A stretch of 64,000 nucleotides of DNA from Candidatus Krumholzibacteriota bacterium (GTDB lineage: Bacteria; Krumholzibacteriota; Krumholzibacteriia; JAJRXK01). The position numbers were made by a program, and so were the translations under genes. The first letter of the stretch is position 1. Each line of letters begins with the position of its first letter. A model generated the notes under the pieces. That model did not search any database and was not told the DNA's origin. It saw only the letters and a list, made by a program, of their open reading frames with translations. This document shows, piece by piece, positions 28,906-40,239 of the stretch. The DNA lies in contig CAWDWO010000022.1 of the NCBI GenBank assembly GCA_963806035.1, positions 11,737 through 75,736 on the forward strand. Reading direction: 5' to 3'.

Positions 28906-31304
28906 CCCTCGGCCTCGAATTCCTCGGGACTCACGAGCACTTCGCGGGCCTTCGAACCCTCGAACGGACCCACGACGCCCAATTCCTCCAGCATGTCCAT
29001 GAGACGAGCGGCGCGCGTGTATCCCACGCGCAACTTCCTCTGCAGCATGCTGGTCGAGCCGCTCTGCGCGAGCACCACGATACGACGGGCATCCTCCAGC
29101 AGATCATCCTCTCCCAGATCAAGCGCGCTCCTCACCGAGTCGGCATCCATGAGATCCAGCTGAGCGACTTCCTCGGCCAGCGGGATCCAGTGCTGGGCGA
29201 TCCTCTCACACTCGTCCGTGCTCAAGAACGCTCCGTGCACGCGCTTGGGTTGCGACATTCCCCCCATGATGAAGAGGCTGTCGCCCTTTCCCAGAAGCGC
29301 CTCCGCTCCCATCACGTCGAGGATGGTCCGGCTGTCAACTTTCGAGATGACCCTGAATCCGATGCGTGAAGGAAAATTCGCTTTGATGACCCCGGTGATC
29401 ACGTTGACTGAAGGGCGTTGCGTGGCCAGAACCAAGTGGATTCCCACCGCGCGCGCCATCTGAGCCAGTCGGGCGACTGGAGTTTCCAACTCCGAGCCCA
29501 AGAGCATCATGAGATCGGCGAGCTCGTCGACGATGATCACGATGTAGTTCATCGCATCCTCGACCTTCGCCCCCTCGGCATCCTTGATCTTTCCCGCCCG
29601 CACCTTGGTATTGTACTCGTGGATGTTGCGCACGCCGTGCTTGGCCAGGCTGTTGTAGCGCACGGTCATCTCCACCACCATCAGCTTCAGGGCCTTCAAC
29701 GCTTCCTTCGGATCGGTGATGACCGGATGCAAGAGATGCGGGATCCCGTTGTAAGTGGACAGTTCCAGCATCTTGGGATCGATCAAGAGGAGACGTACCC
29801 GGTCGGGACCATTGCGCAGGAGAAGGCTGCAGATCAGGGAATTGAGACAGACGCTCTTTCCGCTTCCCGTCGCTCCCGCCACCAAGAGATGGGGCATGTC
29901 GGCCAGATCCGCGGTCACCGGGTTGCCTTCGGTGTCCTTGCCCAAGCCCACGGTCAGCGCGGGAAGCGTATCGTCGCGCTCCAAACTGCCCAGCACCTCT
30001 TTCAAGGTCACCGTCTGCGGGAAGGGATTCGGCACTTCGATTCCCACCGCCGCCTTCCCCGGAATCGGGGCCTCGATACGAATGCGGATGGCGCGCATGG
30101 CGAGGGCGATGTCATCGGAGCGGCTGGTGATCTGGCTGACCCTCACGCCACGGTCGGGCTCGAATTCGAAGGTGGTCACCACCGGTCCGGGCCGGATCTC
30201 GTTGATCTTTCCTTCGATCCCGAAACTGGCGAGGGTGTCCATGAGGAGCTGCGCATTCATTTGCAGCGCTTCCCGGGAGAACCCGCGGCTCTCCTTGGGT
30301 ACGTCGTCCAGAGTCTCCAATGGCGGAAGCGGATACGCGCCCCGGCGGCGGCGGCGGCGTTTGGTGCGCTCCTCTTTGGTCAGCTCACTGGGATCCCGGC
30401 TCAGCGAGAAATCGGAAGACTCTTCATCGGCGGAAAGCCGCGCGTCTTGCGACTCCATTCCATCCGCCGCGTCCTGCAGTCCCAGCTCGTCGAGTAGATC
30501 CGCGTCTTCCTCCCGCTCGTAGCCGTACTCCTCGCGTTCTGGCTCCTCGGCGGAACCCAGCGCGGGCGCGTCCTCGCTCTGTCGTGGGTGAAAGGAGATG
30601 ATTTCGGGTTGGCTGCGCCGACCCTGTGCGGCGCGTCTCTCCCGCGCCTCGCTTCGCCTGAGCTGCCAGCGCTCACCCAGCGCGACGGCGGCATCCCTCC
30701 CCGCGCGCCAGAGGTTGGCCAGGCCGAGTCCCGCCTTGGAGAACAGGCGTCCCAGAGCCTCCAGCAGTTCCTGCGCTCGATCCAGGAAGGGCAGCTCCAC
30801 GCGCAGGGGCGGCAGGATCCGAATCAGAAGAAAGGCCAGGATGCCGGCCGGGATGAGGAAAGCCCCCAGGGAGCCCAATACGGACTCCACCGCCTGATGC
30901 AGAAATGCCCCCAGGCTTCCCCCGGCGCGCGCCGGAACCTGGGCCCGTTGCAGGATGGGATGGCCCAGGAGCATCAGCGCCAGCACCGTGACCAGAGCGC
31001 CGAAGGCAAGTCGACGACCGGCCAGGCGCCTCTCTTTGACTCTGGAACGCTGAAAGGGCAGCCAGGCCCAGGGGACCAGGACCAAAAGCCAGCGGAACCA
31101 GGGGCCCAGCGCCCACGCGGCCACCGCGGCCAGAAGCTCTCCCACGGGGCCCACCACGCCGGCCTCGGGGCCCAAGGCCAGGTGCAGCGCGCCCTTGAAA
31201 CTGGCGGGCACACCGGGGCGCGCCACGAAGCACGATACCGCGAGAAACAGGCTCAGCAGGCCCGAGAGGAGGACCTTGGCCAAAGTTAGATTGCTCTTCT
31301 TCAC
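28902..31304 (-). CDS. ftsK: DNA translocase FtsK
   Basis: N-terminal TM segments, acidic linker, PHLLVAGATGSGKS, VDELADLM, ATQRPS and gamma domain (LQRKLRVGYTRAAR). Confidence 0.96.
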   Translation of the reverse strand: MKKSNLTLAKVLLSGLLSLFLAVSCFVARPGVPASFKGALHLALGPEAGVVGPVGELLAAVAAWALGPWFRWLLVLVPWAWLPFQRSRVKERRLAGRRLAFGALVTVLALMLLGHPILQRAQVPARAGGSLGAFLHQAVESVLGSLGAFLIPAGILAFLLIRILPPLRVELPFLDRAQELLEALGRLFSKAGLGLANLWRAGRDAAVALGERWQLRRSEARERRAAQGRRSQPEIISFHPRQSEDAPALGSAEEPEREEYGYEREEDADLLDELGLQDAADGMESQDARLSADEESSDFSLSRDPSELTKEERTKRRRRRRGAYPLPPLETLDDVPKESRGFSREALQMNAQLLMDTLASFGIEGKINEIRPGPVVTTFEFEPDRGVRVSQITSRSDDIALAMRAIRIRIEAPIPGKAAVGIEVPNPFPQTVTLKEVLGSLERDDTLPALTVGLGKDTEGNPVTADLADMPHLLVAGATGSGKSVCLNSLICSLLLRNGPDRVRLLLIDPKMLELSTYNGIPHLLHPVITDPKEALKALKLMVVEMTVRYNSLAKHGVRNIHEYNTKVRAGKIKDAEGAKVEDAMNYIVIIVDELADLMMLLGSELETPVARLAQMARAVGIHLVLATQRPSVNVITGVIKANFPSRIGFRVISKVDSRTILDVMGAEALLGKGDSLFIMGGMSQPKRVHGAFLSTDECERIAQHWIPLAEEVAQLDLMDADSVRSALDLGEDDLLEDARRIVVLAQSGSTSMLQRKLRVGYTRAARLMDMLEELGVVGPFEGSKAREVLVSPEEFEAEG

Positions 31305-31322
31305 TCGAATTGCCGGTAGACG

Positions 31323-31973
31323 TCAGCCTAGAGTTTGCAGGACCTCGCGCAGGCGCCCCACCGCGTCGCGGCGCGAGGGCCCTTCCAGCAGAGCCGATGC
31401 GACGGCGACCCCCGCCATCTCACAGCCCCTGAGTTGTCCGAGGTTCGTGGCCTCGATTCCGCCGATCGCGAATATCGGCAGTGTAGTGGCCGCCACTGCC
31501 TCGGTCAACGCTTGCGGCCCGCGAATCCGGCTGTCCGGCCGCGTATTCGTGGCGAACATCGCTCCAAAGCCCAGGTAGTCGGCCACCCCCTCCGCCTGGC
31601 GGATCTCGTCGAGATCGTGGGTGGAGCAACCGAGAAGCAGCTCCGCCCCCAGAAGCTCCCTTGCCGCCGCGTAAGGCAGATCGGAGGTGCCCAGATGAAC
31701 TCCGTCCGCCCCGGCCGCCAACGCCACGTCCAGACGGTCGTTCACGATGAAGGGAACTCCATGGTCGCGGCAGTACGGCACGAGTTGGCGGGCGGCCTTG
31801 AGGAACTCGCCGGCGGGGAGGGTCTTCGCGCGTAGCTGAAGCAGCTCGACCCCGGCCTCCAGCAATTCAGCTCCCGTCGCGACCAAGTCGGAGAAGGAGC
31901 AGAGACCGGCGTCCAGAATGGCATAGAGCAAGCGCGGCGGCCGATGAAGCCGCTCCGTGAAGGGATGCGCCAC
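31323..31973 (-). CDS. thiE: Thiamine-phosphate synthase
   Basis: LQLRAK, VNDRLD, ADGVHLG, STH and AIGGI. Confidence 0.9.
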   Translation of the reverse strand: MAHPFTERLHRPPRLLYAILDAGLCSFSDLVATGAELLEAGVELLQLRAKTLPAGEFLKAARQLVPYCRDHGVPFIVNDRLDVALAAGADGVHLGTSDLPYAAARELLGAELLLGCSTHDLDEIRQAEGVADYLGFGAMFATNTRPDSRIRGPQALTEAVAATTLPIFAIGGIEATNLGQLRGCEMAGVAVASALLEGPSRRDAVGRLREVLQTLG

Positions 31974-31977
31974 CGAA

Positions 31978-33351
<1,374 letters not shown>

Positions 33352-33446
33352 AGATGCACTCCCCGGTGCTCGGCCCGGTACCTCACGAGGGAACCATGTC
33401 CAATTGGAATTGACCCTGAGAATGGACGAACTCAGAGGATACGGCA

Positions 33447-33474
33447 AGTCCCGGAGGAATCCACCCCCGGGACT
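33447..33474 (-). terminator. Stable hairpin downstream of the pilT-family gene (possible terminator or processing site)
   Basis: Minus strand AGTCCCGGGGG-TGGATT-CCTCCGGGACT, an 11-bp stem with one G-U pair. No clear U-tract follows. Confidence 0.4.
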
Positions 33475-33502
33475 GGCGAAAGAATGGGCTTTCGAGCCAA
33501 CT

Positions 33503-34675
33503 CTACAGTTTCACGAAATCCTCGGTGCCACCGGTGACATTGGGGCTGCTGACCTCTGAACCGGTCTTCTCGAAGCGATCCCACCTGGCATCGCTTCCGC
33601 TTTGGATCCCCTTCACGCGCAGGCTGAACTCGTGTGGATTGCTCGAAGCCCTCATGGCCTCGTCCAGGGTGATGATCCCCTGCTTGAAGAGCGCCATCAG
33701 AGACTGATCGAAGGTCTGCATCTGATACGCGACGTAGCCTTCGGCAATTGCGTCCGAGATCATGTGGGTCTTCTCGGGGTCGCTGATGTACTCGGAGATG
33801 GTCGTCGTGGTGACCATGACCTCGACGGCCGGCACTCGCCCGTTGTTGTCGGCGCGGCGGATCAGGCGCTGGCTGATGATCCCGCGGAGCGTGTTCGCCA
33901 GGAGCAAACGGATTTCCTGATGCTGATGCGGAGGGAAGAAACTGATGATCCTCTGGATCGTCTGCTCCGCGTCGATGGTGTGCAGAGTGGAGAAGACCAA
34001 GTGCCCGGTGTCCGCGGCAGTCAATGCCGTCTTCATGGTCTCGGCATCGCGAATCTCGCCGATGAGAATCACGTTGGGATCCTGACGCAATACGTGACGT
34101 AGCGCTTCCATGAAGGTGGCCGTATCCGTGCCCACCTCGCGCTGATTCACGATGCTCCTCTTGTCCTTGTGCAAGAACTCGATCGGATCCTCGATGGTGA
34201 TGATGTTGTTCGGAAGCGATTCGTTGATGACGTCGAGCATGCCGGCCAGCGTGGTGGACTTGCCGGACCCCACGGTCCCGGTGACCAGAATCAGGCCTCG
34301 AGGCAGAAGCGACAGTTCACGCACCACCGGCGGCAGACCCAGCTCATCCAGTGGCTTGATGTCCACGGGAACGTGACGGAAGACCATCGCGGTGCTTCCC
34401 CGCTGCACGTAGAAATTGGCGCGAAAGCGCGCCAGGCCCGGCACGCCGAAGGCAAAGTCCACCTCGCGCGTCGATTCGTAGACCTCGCGCTGGATGGGCG
34501 TCAGAATGCTCTCGGCAACTTGCTGCATATCCTTGGGCGTGGGAGGCTCGAATTCGCTCAGGGATTCCAGTTGGCCGTTCACGCGGACGTTCGGTGATAC
34601 GCCGACCTTCAGGTGCAAGTCGCTCGCTCCCAATTGAATCATGCGTTGCAGAACGGCTTTGATGTTCAAGGCCAT
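33503..34675 (-). CDS. pilT: Type IV pilus retraction ATPase, PilT/PilU family
   Basis: [52 protein letters not shown] and MQTFDQ. Confidence 0.88.
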   Translation of the reverse strand: MALNIKAVLQRMIQLGASDLHLKVGVSPNVRVNGQLESLSEFEPPTPKDMQQVAESILTPIQREVYESTREVDFAFGVPGLARFRANFYVQRGSTAMVFRHVPVDIKPLDELGLPPVVRELSLLPRGLILVTGTVGSGKSTTLAGMLDVINESLPNNIITIEDPIEFLHKDKRSIVNQREVGTDTATFMEALRHVLRQDPNVILIGEIRDAETMKTALTAADTGHLVFSTLHTIDAEQTIQRIISFFPPHQHQEIRLLLANTLRGIISQRLIRRADNNGRVPAVEVMVTTTTISEYISDPEKTHMISDAIAEGYVAYQMQTFDQSLMALFKQGIITLDEAMRASSNPHEFSLRVKGIQSGSDARWDRFEKTGSEVSSPNVTGGTEDFVKL

Positions 34676-34782
34676 GGTCTCAGCTCCACTCCCGCAAGGG
34701 GTTCATGCTTCCCTATCGCTCCTCGGGATTTCCTCGGGCGGAGGGTGCGGTGGGTCCGCTCGGTCCCGTTCCCGCCAACAGC

Positions 34783-34809
34783 AAACGGCGGTCCAAATGA
34801 CCGCCGTTT
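34783..34809 (-). terminator. Hairpin / probable terminator after accB
   Basis: Perfect 11-bp inverted repeat AAACGGCGGTC-N5-GACCGCCGTTT, 30 nt downstream of the accB stop. Confidence 0.65.
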
Positions 34810-34839
34810 CACCGTCCGAGCTCTCGATTTGCCGGGATT

Positions 34840-35319
34840 TCAGGAGCTGGGCTCCAGCAGGAAGAGGGGCTGTCCGAATTCCACCGGCTGCGCGTTCTCC
34901 ACCAGAATCTCGCGCACGATACCGGAGAATTCCGCCTCGATTTCGTTCATCAGCTTCATCGCTTCCACGATGCAGAGAACGTCATCCTTCTCGACCCGCT
35001 CCCCCACCCTCACGTAGGGATCACTGTCGGGGCTGGGAGAACGGTAGAAGGTTCCGACCATGGGGCTTGCAACCTCCCGCAGGCCCTCGCGGCGCGCTTC
35101 CGCCGCTTCATTCTGCGCAGCGGCTGCGGACGCCGTTGCGGCCACGGGAGTGGGGTTGCCTGCCACGGAGGCATGGCCCTGAGTCGTGATGACCCTGGTC
35201 TGTGCCGCCTGGCCGCCCTTGCAGATGCGAATCGTCTCGCCGCGGTTGGAGAGCTCGAGTTCGTCGATGCCACTTTCCTCCACGAGCTCTACCAATGCCT
35301 TGATTCTCTCCAGATCCAT
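34840..35319 (-). CDS. accB: Biotin carboxyl carrier protein
   Basis: MDLERIKAL.., Ala-rich linker, SPMVGTFY and the EAMKLM biotinylation motif. Confidence 0.95.
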   Translation of the reverse strand: MDLERIKALVELVEESGIDELELSNRGETIRICKGGQAAQTRVITTQGHASVAGNPTPVAATASAAAAQNEAAEARREGLREVASPMVGTFYRSPSPDSDPYVRVGERVEKDDVLCIVEAMKLMNEIEAEFSGIVREILVENAQPVEFGQPLFLLEPSS

Positions 35320-35344
35320 TGGGTCTCCTTCAGGCTGTCTCCGC

Positions 35345-35902
35345 TCAAACTCGGGAGAGGTACTTGCCAGTTCTGGTGTCGATGCGAATGGTCTCTCCCT
35401 CGTCGATGAACAGAGGAACCGAAACGACCAGACCCGTCTCCAAGGTCGCGGGTTTGCTACCACCCTGAGCGGTGTCTCCGCGCACCCCGGGATCGGTCTT
35501 CACGATCTTGAGTTCGACGAAATTCGCCACCTCGATGCTCACGGGAACGCTTCCTCTCATCAGGAGCTTCACCGTATCGTTTTCCTTCAGATAGGGCAGC
35601 GCGTCGCTGAGTACTTCCTCCGGCAATTGTATCTGTTCGTAGCTCGAGGTGTTCATGAAGTGATGGTGGACGCCGTCGTGGTAGAGATACTGAAACTCCT
35701 GAGCTTCCAGGCGAACCTCCGTGACCTTTTCACCGGAGCGAAAGGTCTTGTCCACCACTTTCCCGTTCTCGACGTTCTTCAGCTTGGTGCGGACGAAGGC
35801 CGGTCCCTTTCCCGGCTTGACGTGTTGGAATTCCACGATCGTCCACATGCCCGTATCCAGCTCGAGCACCATGCCATTCCTGAAATTACTGGTATCCGCC
35901 AT
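35345..35902 (-). CDS. efp: Elongation factor P
   Basis: [19 protein letters not shown] and KPATLETG. Confidence 0.96.
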   Translation of the reverse strand: MADTSNFRNGMVLELDTGMWTIVEFQHVKPGKGPAFVRTKLKNVENGKVVDKTFRSGEKVTEVRLEAQEFQYLYHDGVHHHFMNTSSYEQIQLPEEVLSDALPYLKENDTVKLLMRGSVPVSIEVANFVELKIVKTDPGVRGDTAQGGSKPATLETGLVVSVPLFIDEGETIRIDTRTGKYLSRV

Positions 35903-35914
35903 GGATTTTCGTAC

Positions 35915-36364
35915 CTACTCGTTCTTGGGTTGCTTCGACTTCAGATGCGTCACCAGGGCCCTCAGCCCGAGCGTGTAACTGTCGGGCCCGAAACCCATGA
36001 CCAGCCCCAGAGCGACGTCGCCCAAGAGAGTGGTGTGACGAAAGCTCTCGCGAGCCAGGATGTTACTACAATGAACTTCCACAAAGGGCAAGTTCACCGC
36101 GAGCAAGGCGTCTCGCAGAGCCACGCTGGTATGTCCCAGACCGGCGGGATTGACCAGGAAACCGGCAGACTGGGTGCTCCGCTGAATGCAGTCGATGAGC
36201 TCGCCCTCGTGGTTGCTCTGCAGAGTGTCCAGCTCGACCGCGAGCTCCTTCGCCAGTTTCTGCAAGGCCTGATCGATCTCAGCCAGACCCACCCTACCGT
36301 AGATGGAGGGTTCGCGACTCCCGAGCAGGTTGAGGTTGGGCCCGTGCAAGACCTGAATGTGCAT
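35915..36364 (-). CDS. aroQ: Type II 3-dehydroquinate dehydratase
   Basis: HGPNLNLLGSREP..YG, QSNHEG, HTSVALRDA and VEVH.SN. Alternative start at 36394. Confidence 0.94.
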   Translation of the reverse strand: MHIQVLHGPNLNLLGSREPSIYGRVGLAEIDQALQKLAKELAVELDTLQSNHEGELIDCIQRSTQSAGFLVNPAGLGHTSVALRDALLAVNLPFVEVHCSNILARESFRHTTLLGDVALGLVMGFGPDSYTLGLRALVTHLKSKQPKNE

Positions 36365-36390
36365 GGTGCCCTCCCGCGGCTTCTTCGCGC

Positions 36391-37320
36391 TCATGGTTCC
36401 CGCTCGTGTTTCTCGATCCAGCTGCGGAAGTGGCCCATGTCGTCGGCGTGTCCGGATTTTTTGCTCTCGTCCTCAGCCTCCAGATTTCGCAGCTCCTCGG
36501 AGGGAGGCTCGTCGCCCGTCTCCTGGAAACGCCTGCTGAGCTGGGTCATTTCTTCCTCGATGGCACTCGCCTTCTCCGCCACTCCGGGAGCCTTGGGATG
36601 GCGTTCGAGTACCGCGCGATACATCTCCAGCGCCTTGGCCTTGAAACCCTGCTGGTAGTAGACGTCGGCGAGCGTCACCGTGGCGATGGTCTCGCCGGTG
36701 AAGATTCCCTCCGGATCGAAATCCTCCCCGGAGTTCTGGAAGGCGTCATCTTTGCTCATGGCGGTGAGCACGATGGGCTGAGTCTCCTCTTCCTGCGCAA
36801 GCTTCAACTCCTGCAGTTTTTTCGCGACGAGCGCTGGCTCCTCCTCCGCGGCTTCCCCAGCCGCACTCTCCTCGGATTCGGGGGGGGCTTCGGCTTCAGC
36901 GTTCTCGGTGGATTCGGCGCTGGCCTCGCTCGGCTCATCCAGGGCGTCATGGCTGGGATCCAGAGCAGAAAGCTGTTCACGCAGCTTGCGCGCGCGCTTC
37001 TCGTCGCCGCGACGCCGCGCGTCTTCGGCCAATTCCCTCAGCGCGATGAGATTCTCCGGATCGAGCGAGAGAACGGTCTCGAACGCGGTGCGCGCTTCCT
37101 CCAGCTCTTCGCGGTCCAGATGGATCTTTCCCAAAACCACGAAGCCGGTGCTGTAACGGGGGTGACGCATCAAGCCGTCCACGCACACTTTATAGGCTTC
37201 GTCCAGGCGCTGCAGTTTCCGGTAGCAGTCGGCGAGTGGCGCAAAGATGCGTCCGTTCGGCTGATTTTCGAAACGTTCGAGAAGGCGATGTAGCTCGTCC
37301 TCGCGGGAAAGGTTGGGCAA
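36391..37320 (-). CDS. Cytoplasmic TPR protein with acidic linker
   Basis: N-terminal TPRs (FAPLADCYRK...LDPENLIAL), E/A-rich linker and C-terminal TVTLADVYYQQG TPR. Confidence 0.8.
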   Translation of the reverse strand: MPNLSREDELHRLLERFENQPNGRIFAPLADCYRKLQRLDEAYKVCVDGLMRHPRYSTGFVVLGKIHLDREELEEARTAFETVLSLDPENLIALRELAEDARRRGDEKRARKLREQLSALDPSHDALDEPSEASAESTENAEAEAPPESEESAAGEAAEEEPALVAKKLQELKLAQEEETQPIVLTAMSKDDAFQNSGEDFDPEGIFTGETIATVTLADVYYQQGFKAKALEMYRAVLERHPKAPGVAEKASAIEEEMTQLSRRFQETGDEPPSEELRNLEAEDESKKSGHADDMGHFRSWIEKHEREP

Positions 37321-37371
37321 GACCTCGACTCCCTTTCGACCTCAGCTGCTCAGGGATGCACGAGCCCGGCC

Positions 37372-38442
37372 TCACACGCGGAGAGTCTGCAGAGCCTGGC
37401 TCAATTCTGACCACTCGACTTCGTGGCCGACGGTAGCCGAGCCAATTCCCTCCGTCAAGACCATCCTCACCCGGCGATCCCAGACTTTCTTGTCGTAACC
37501 TACTGCTACCAGGGCAGTTTCGGTATCCACTCCGGGTGCGGCGCGCGGCAACCCCAGACGACCGAGGAGTTCGGTGACGCGTGAGGTCGTCCCCGAGGGA
37601 GCAAGGCCGCGGGTCTGCGAAATCCTGAGCGCTCCGATCATGCCCAAAGCCACCGCCTCGCCGTGGTGCAGGGGCGGCCGGGTCGTGGCCTCGATCGCGT
37701 GCCCCAAGGTGTGGCCGAAATTGAGAATCTCGCGGATTCCCGTCTCGCGCGGGTCCTCGCTGACCACCCTCCCCTTCACGCGCGCGGCACGCTCGAGCAC
37801 CGTCGCCCACAGTTCGAGATCCAGGATGCGCAGTTCTTCCGCTCTCTCTTCCAGAATTTGGAAGAGTTCAGCGTCCGCGATGATGCCACACTTGAGGACT
37901 TCGGCCAGGCCCCCCACGCGGTGGCGCTGCGGTAGACTCTCCAGGGCCTGTAGAGCGCCGTATACCCCACAGGGCTGATGGAATGCTCCAATGAGATTTT
38001 TCAGTCCGTAGCCGTTGACCCCGGTTTTCCCGCCCACCGCTGAATCGGCGAGGGAAATCACGGTGGTGGCGATCGGACACCAGTCGAGTCCTCGCATGTA
38101 GCTGGCAGCGAAGTAACCGACGAGATCACCCACCGTGCCCCCGCCCAGTGCAATGACCAGGGTGCGGCGATCGACGCGCGCCTCCAGCGCCTCTGAAACC
38201 AGAGCATCCAAATGGCGCAGATTCTTGATCCTCTCCCCGCCCGCGATCTCCACCACTCGCTCGCGTTCGGAGCGGCTCAGTCCGGCCAGGGCTCCCGCGT
38301 GGTTGCGCAGCACCTTGCGATCGGCCACCACGAAAAGTCGCCGGTTCGGATGGTCGGCGTGCAGCGCTTCCCAGGTCGCTTGAAAACTGGACCTGAGACG
38401 AACCGGATACGGTGGGTTCAAAGTAATTTCGAAGTCGTTCAC
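37372..38442 (-). CDS. aroB: 3-dehydroquinate synthase
   Basis: GGGTVGDLVG, DSAVGGKTGVN, KNLIGAFHQP, LNFGHTLGHAIE and HGEAVA. GTG start at 38442. Confidence 0.94.
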   Translation of the reverse strand: MNDFEITLNPPYPVRLRSSFQATWEALHADHPNRRLFVVADRKVLRNHAGALAGLSRSERERVVEIAGGERIKNLRHLDALVSEALEARVDRRTLVIALGGGTVGDLVGYFAASYMRGLDWCPIATTVISLADSAVGGKTGVNGYGLKNLIGAFHQPCGVYGALQALESLPQRHRVGGLAEVLKCGIIADAELFQILEERAEELRILDLELWATVLERAARVKGRVVSEDPRETGIREILNFGHTLGHAIEATTRPPLHHGEAVALGMIGALRISQTRGLAPSGTTSRVTELLGRLGLPRAAPGVDTETALVAVGYDKKVWDRRVRMVLTEGIGSATVGHEVEWSELSQALQTLRV

Positions 38443-38444
38443 GT

Positions 38445-39478
38445 TCAGGGAACCAGGGTTTCGGCCACGCAGGTGGCCTCCCGAATGTAGGGTCTCTTCT
38501 TCATGCCGGGCGCATAGGTCAAAACGTTGATGGCGTAGAGCCGCCGTTTCTCGGGCTGGTAGAGGAAGTAGGTTCTGAACGGTCCGCCGTAATCCCCGTT
38601 CTGGCCTGCCAGTAGCCGGAAAGAACCAGGTGCAGCTTGCCCGCAAAGATGTCCTCGCCCCAGTTGTAGCCCGCGGCATCCTGCAGATCTTCCTCCAGAT
38701 AGCGCGCGCCGAAAGAGCGCCTCAGCTCGAGCAACACCTCGTGATCATTGATGATCGTGCTATCCGCGTCGTCCAAATAATAGATGCTCGCGGTACGGGT
38801 GGGTCTCGTTGCCGCAACCTCCACCAGTCCATCCTTCACGCCCTTCTCGAACCTGGTTTCGTGATACGAAGCGGGAACTTGCAATCCGAATCCCATCTGA
38901 TCACGAATCTTGTTCTCCAGTTGCACATCGTGACCATTGGTGAACAGATAGTCGCGCAGGCGATCCCGATTTTCCGTTTTCATGCGATTGATGAGGGTTC
39001 CGATTCCCTTGGCCAACCCACTTTGCATGAGCGTGCGGTCATTCCCGGCCACGAAAAACACGAGCTGATTGCGGCTGTAGACGTCCGACTTCACCGCGAC
39101 GTAAAAGTTGCGCTTGCCCTGGCGGTCCATCGTCTCTCCCCCGAGTCGACTGCGCAACTCCTTGCTCGCAGGATCCCTCCCCTTCAAAAGCCCAATGACG
39201 ATCACGTTCTTGTACACCTGCGCGTTACGCCGGTCGTTCCAATCGAAAATGTCGACGTTGAAGAGCGGCTCGGGCTGGATGGTGTAGTCCACATCCACCG
39301 ATAGCGCGCGCTGCAGCTGACTGGCCACCGGTCCCAGCGACGCGGTATCCGTCAGGATTGCGACGTCAGAATAGGAACCGACCGCCGCGCTCATCGGCTG
39401 GCCGTTCTCGCATCCGAGCGCACTCGCCATGAGACTCGCCGCGAGAATCAGCAAAAGAGCGGTTTTGATTTTGGTCAT
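38445..39478 (-). pseudogene. DUF4837-like lipoprotein with a 1-nt frameshift near 38605 (real or assembly error)
   Basis: Lipobox ALG-C. The frame reads ...SGYWQ, then the natural-looking C-terminus GQNGDYGGPFRTYF...YAPGMKKRPYIRE...VP* continues in another frame and ends 2 nt before the aroB start. Confidence 0.7.
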
Positions 39479-39482
39479 GATG

Positions 39483-39522
39483 ATATTCTCCAGCGCGTAA
39501 GGACGGGCCCTCTGGAGAATAT
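39483..39522 (-). promoter_or_regulatory. Inverted repeat covering the RBS of the DUF4837-like gene
   Basis: ATATTCTCCAG-N18-CTGGAGAATAT. The 3' arm contains the GGAG SD, 9 nt before ATG 39478. Confidence 0.55.
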
Positions 39523-39545
39523 ATGCGCATGAGCGCTCTATCGCG

Positions 39546-40226
39546 TCAATGAGGACTTACAGAGTTGCTCGCGCGCAAGCTATCGACGGGAACGGCGCCC
39601 TGGCCCGGCACACGCACGTAACGCGAGCCGAAACGCAGCTGACTGCCGATATCCTCAGAAGAGCCCATGAGAAGAGCATTCACGGTACTGACGTGACCGA
39701 GCAGCGACGGAGGCGTACGCCAATCCGGCCGGGCGCCCAGGCGCCATGCCGGGATCTCGGCCGCGGTTTGCTTTTGCAAGTTCGCGAATTCCTCCGCAGC
39801 GGAAAAACCGAGGGCCGGAGACTTTTTGGCGGTGGGGGAAGATTGCGCCAACAACTCCGGCGGGGAGCTGATACTGACCGAAGCGTTCCGAGCGGGAAGC
39901 AACCAGAGGCCCAGGCCCAGGACCACGATCATGACGGAGAAAGCACTGATGCTGGCGGGCAACCAGAATCTGCCGCTCGCGGTGTCTTGGGCCGAAGCGC
40001 GGGCGCGAAGGGCCTTGCGAATGCCCAGCTGCACCATCCACTCGAATTGAGCCGAGGGTGCGCTCTCGGACTCCTGGAGAAGTTTGTGGCAGGTCTCGAG
40101 ATCTTCCTGGTAGTTCACGCACTCCGGACAGTCTTGCAGATGACGGGCCAGAGTGACGCGATCCTGGTCCTTGAGTTCACCGTCCATCGCGGTGGAAATG
40201 AAAACTCGGGCTTTGGCGCAACGCAT
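39546..40226 (-). CDS. Zinc-binding (zf-HC2) transmembrane anti-sigma factor
   Basis: C..AR..IS..MDGEL......HLQDCPEC (HxxxCxxC), one TM helix and an extracytoplasmic tail; directly downstream of the ECF sigma gene. Confidence 0.9.
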   Translation of the reverse strand: MRCAKARVFISTAMDGELKDQDRVTLARHLQDCPECVNYQEDLETCHKLLQESESAPSAQFEWMVQLGIRKALRARASAQDTASGRFWLPASISAFSVMIVVLGLGLWLLPARNASVSISSPPELLAQSSPTAKKSPALGFSAAEEFANLQKQTAAEIPAWRLGARPDWRTPPSLLGHVSTVNALLMGSSEDIGSQLRFGSRYVRVPGQGAVPVDSLRASNSVSPH

Positions 40227-40239
40227 GATGCTTTAATCC

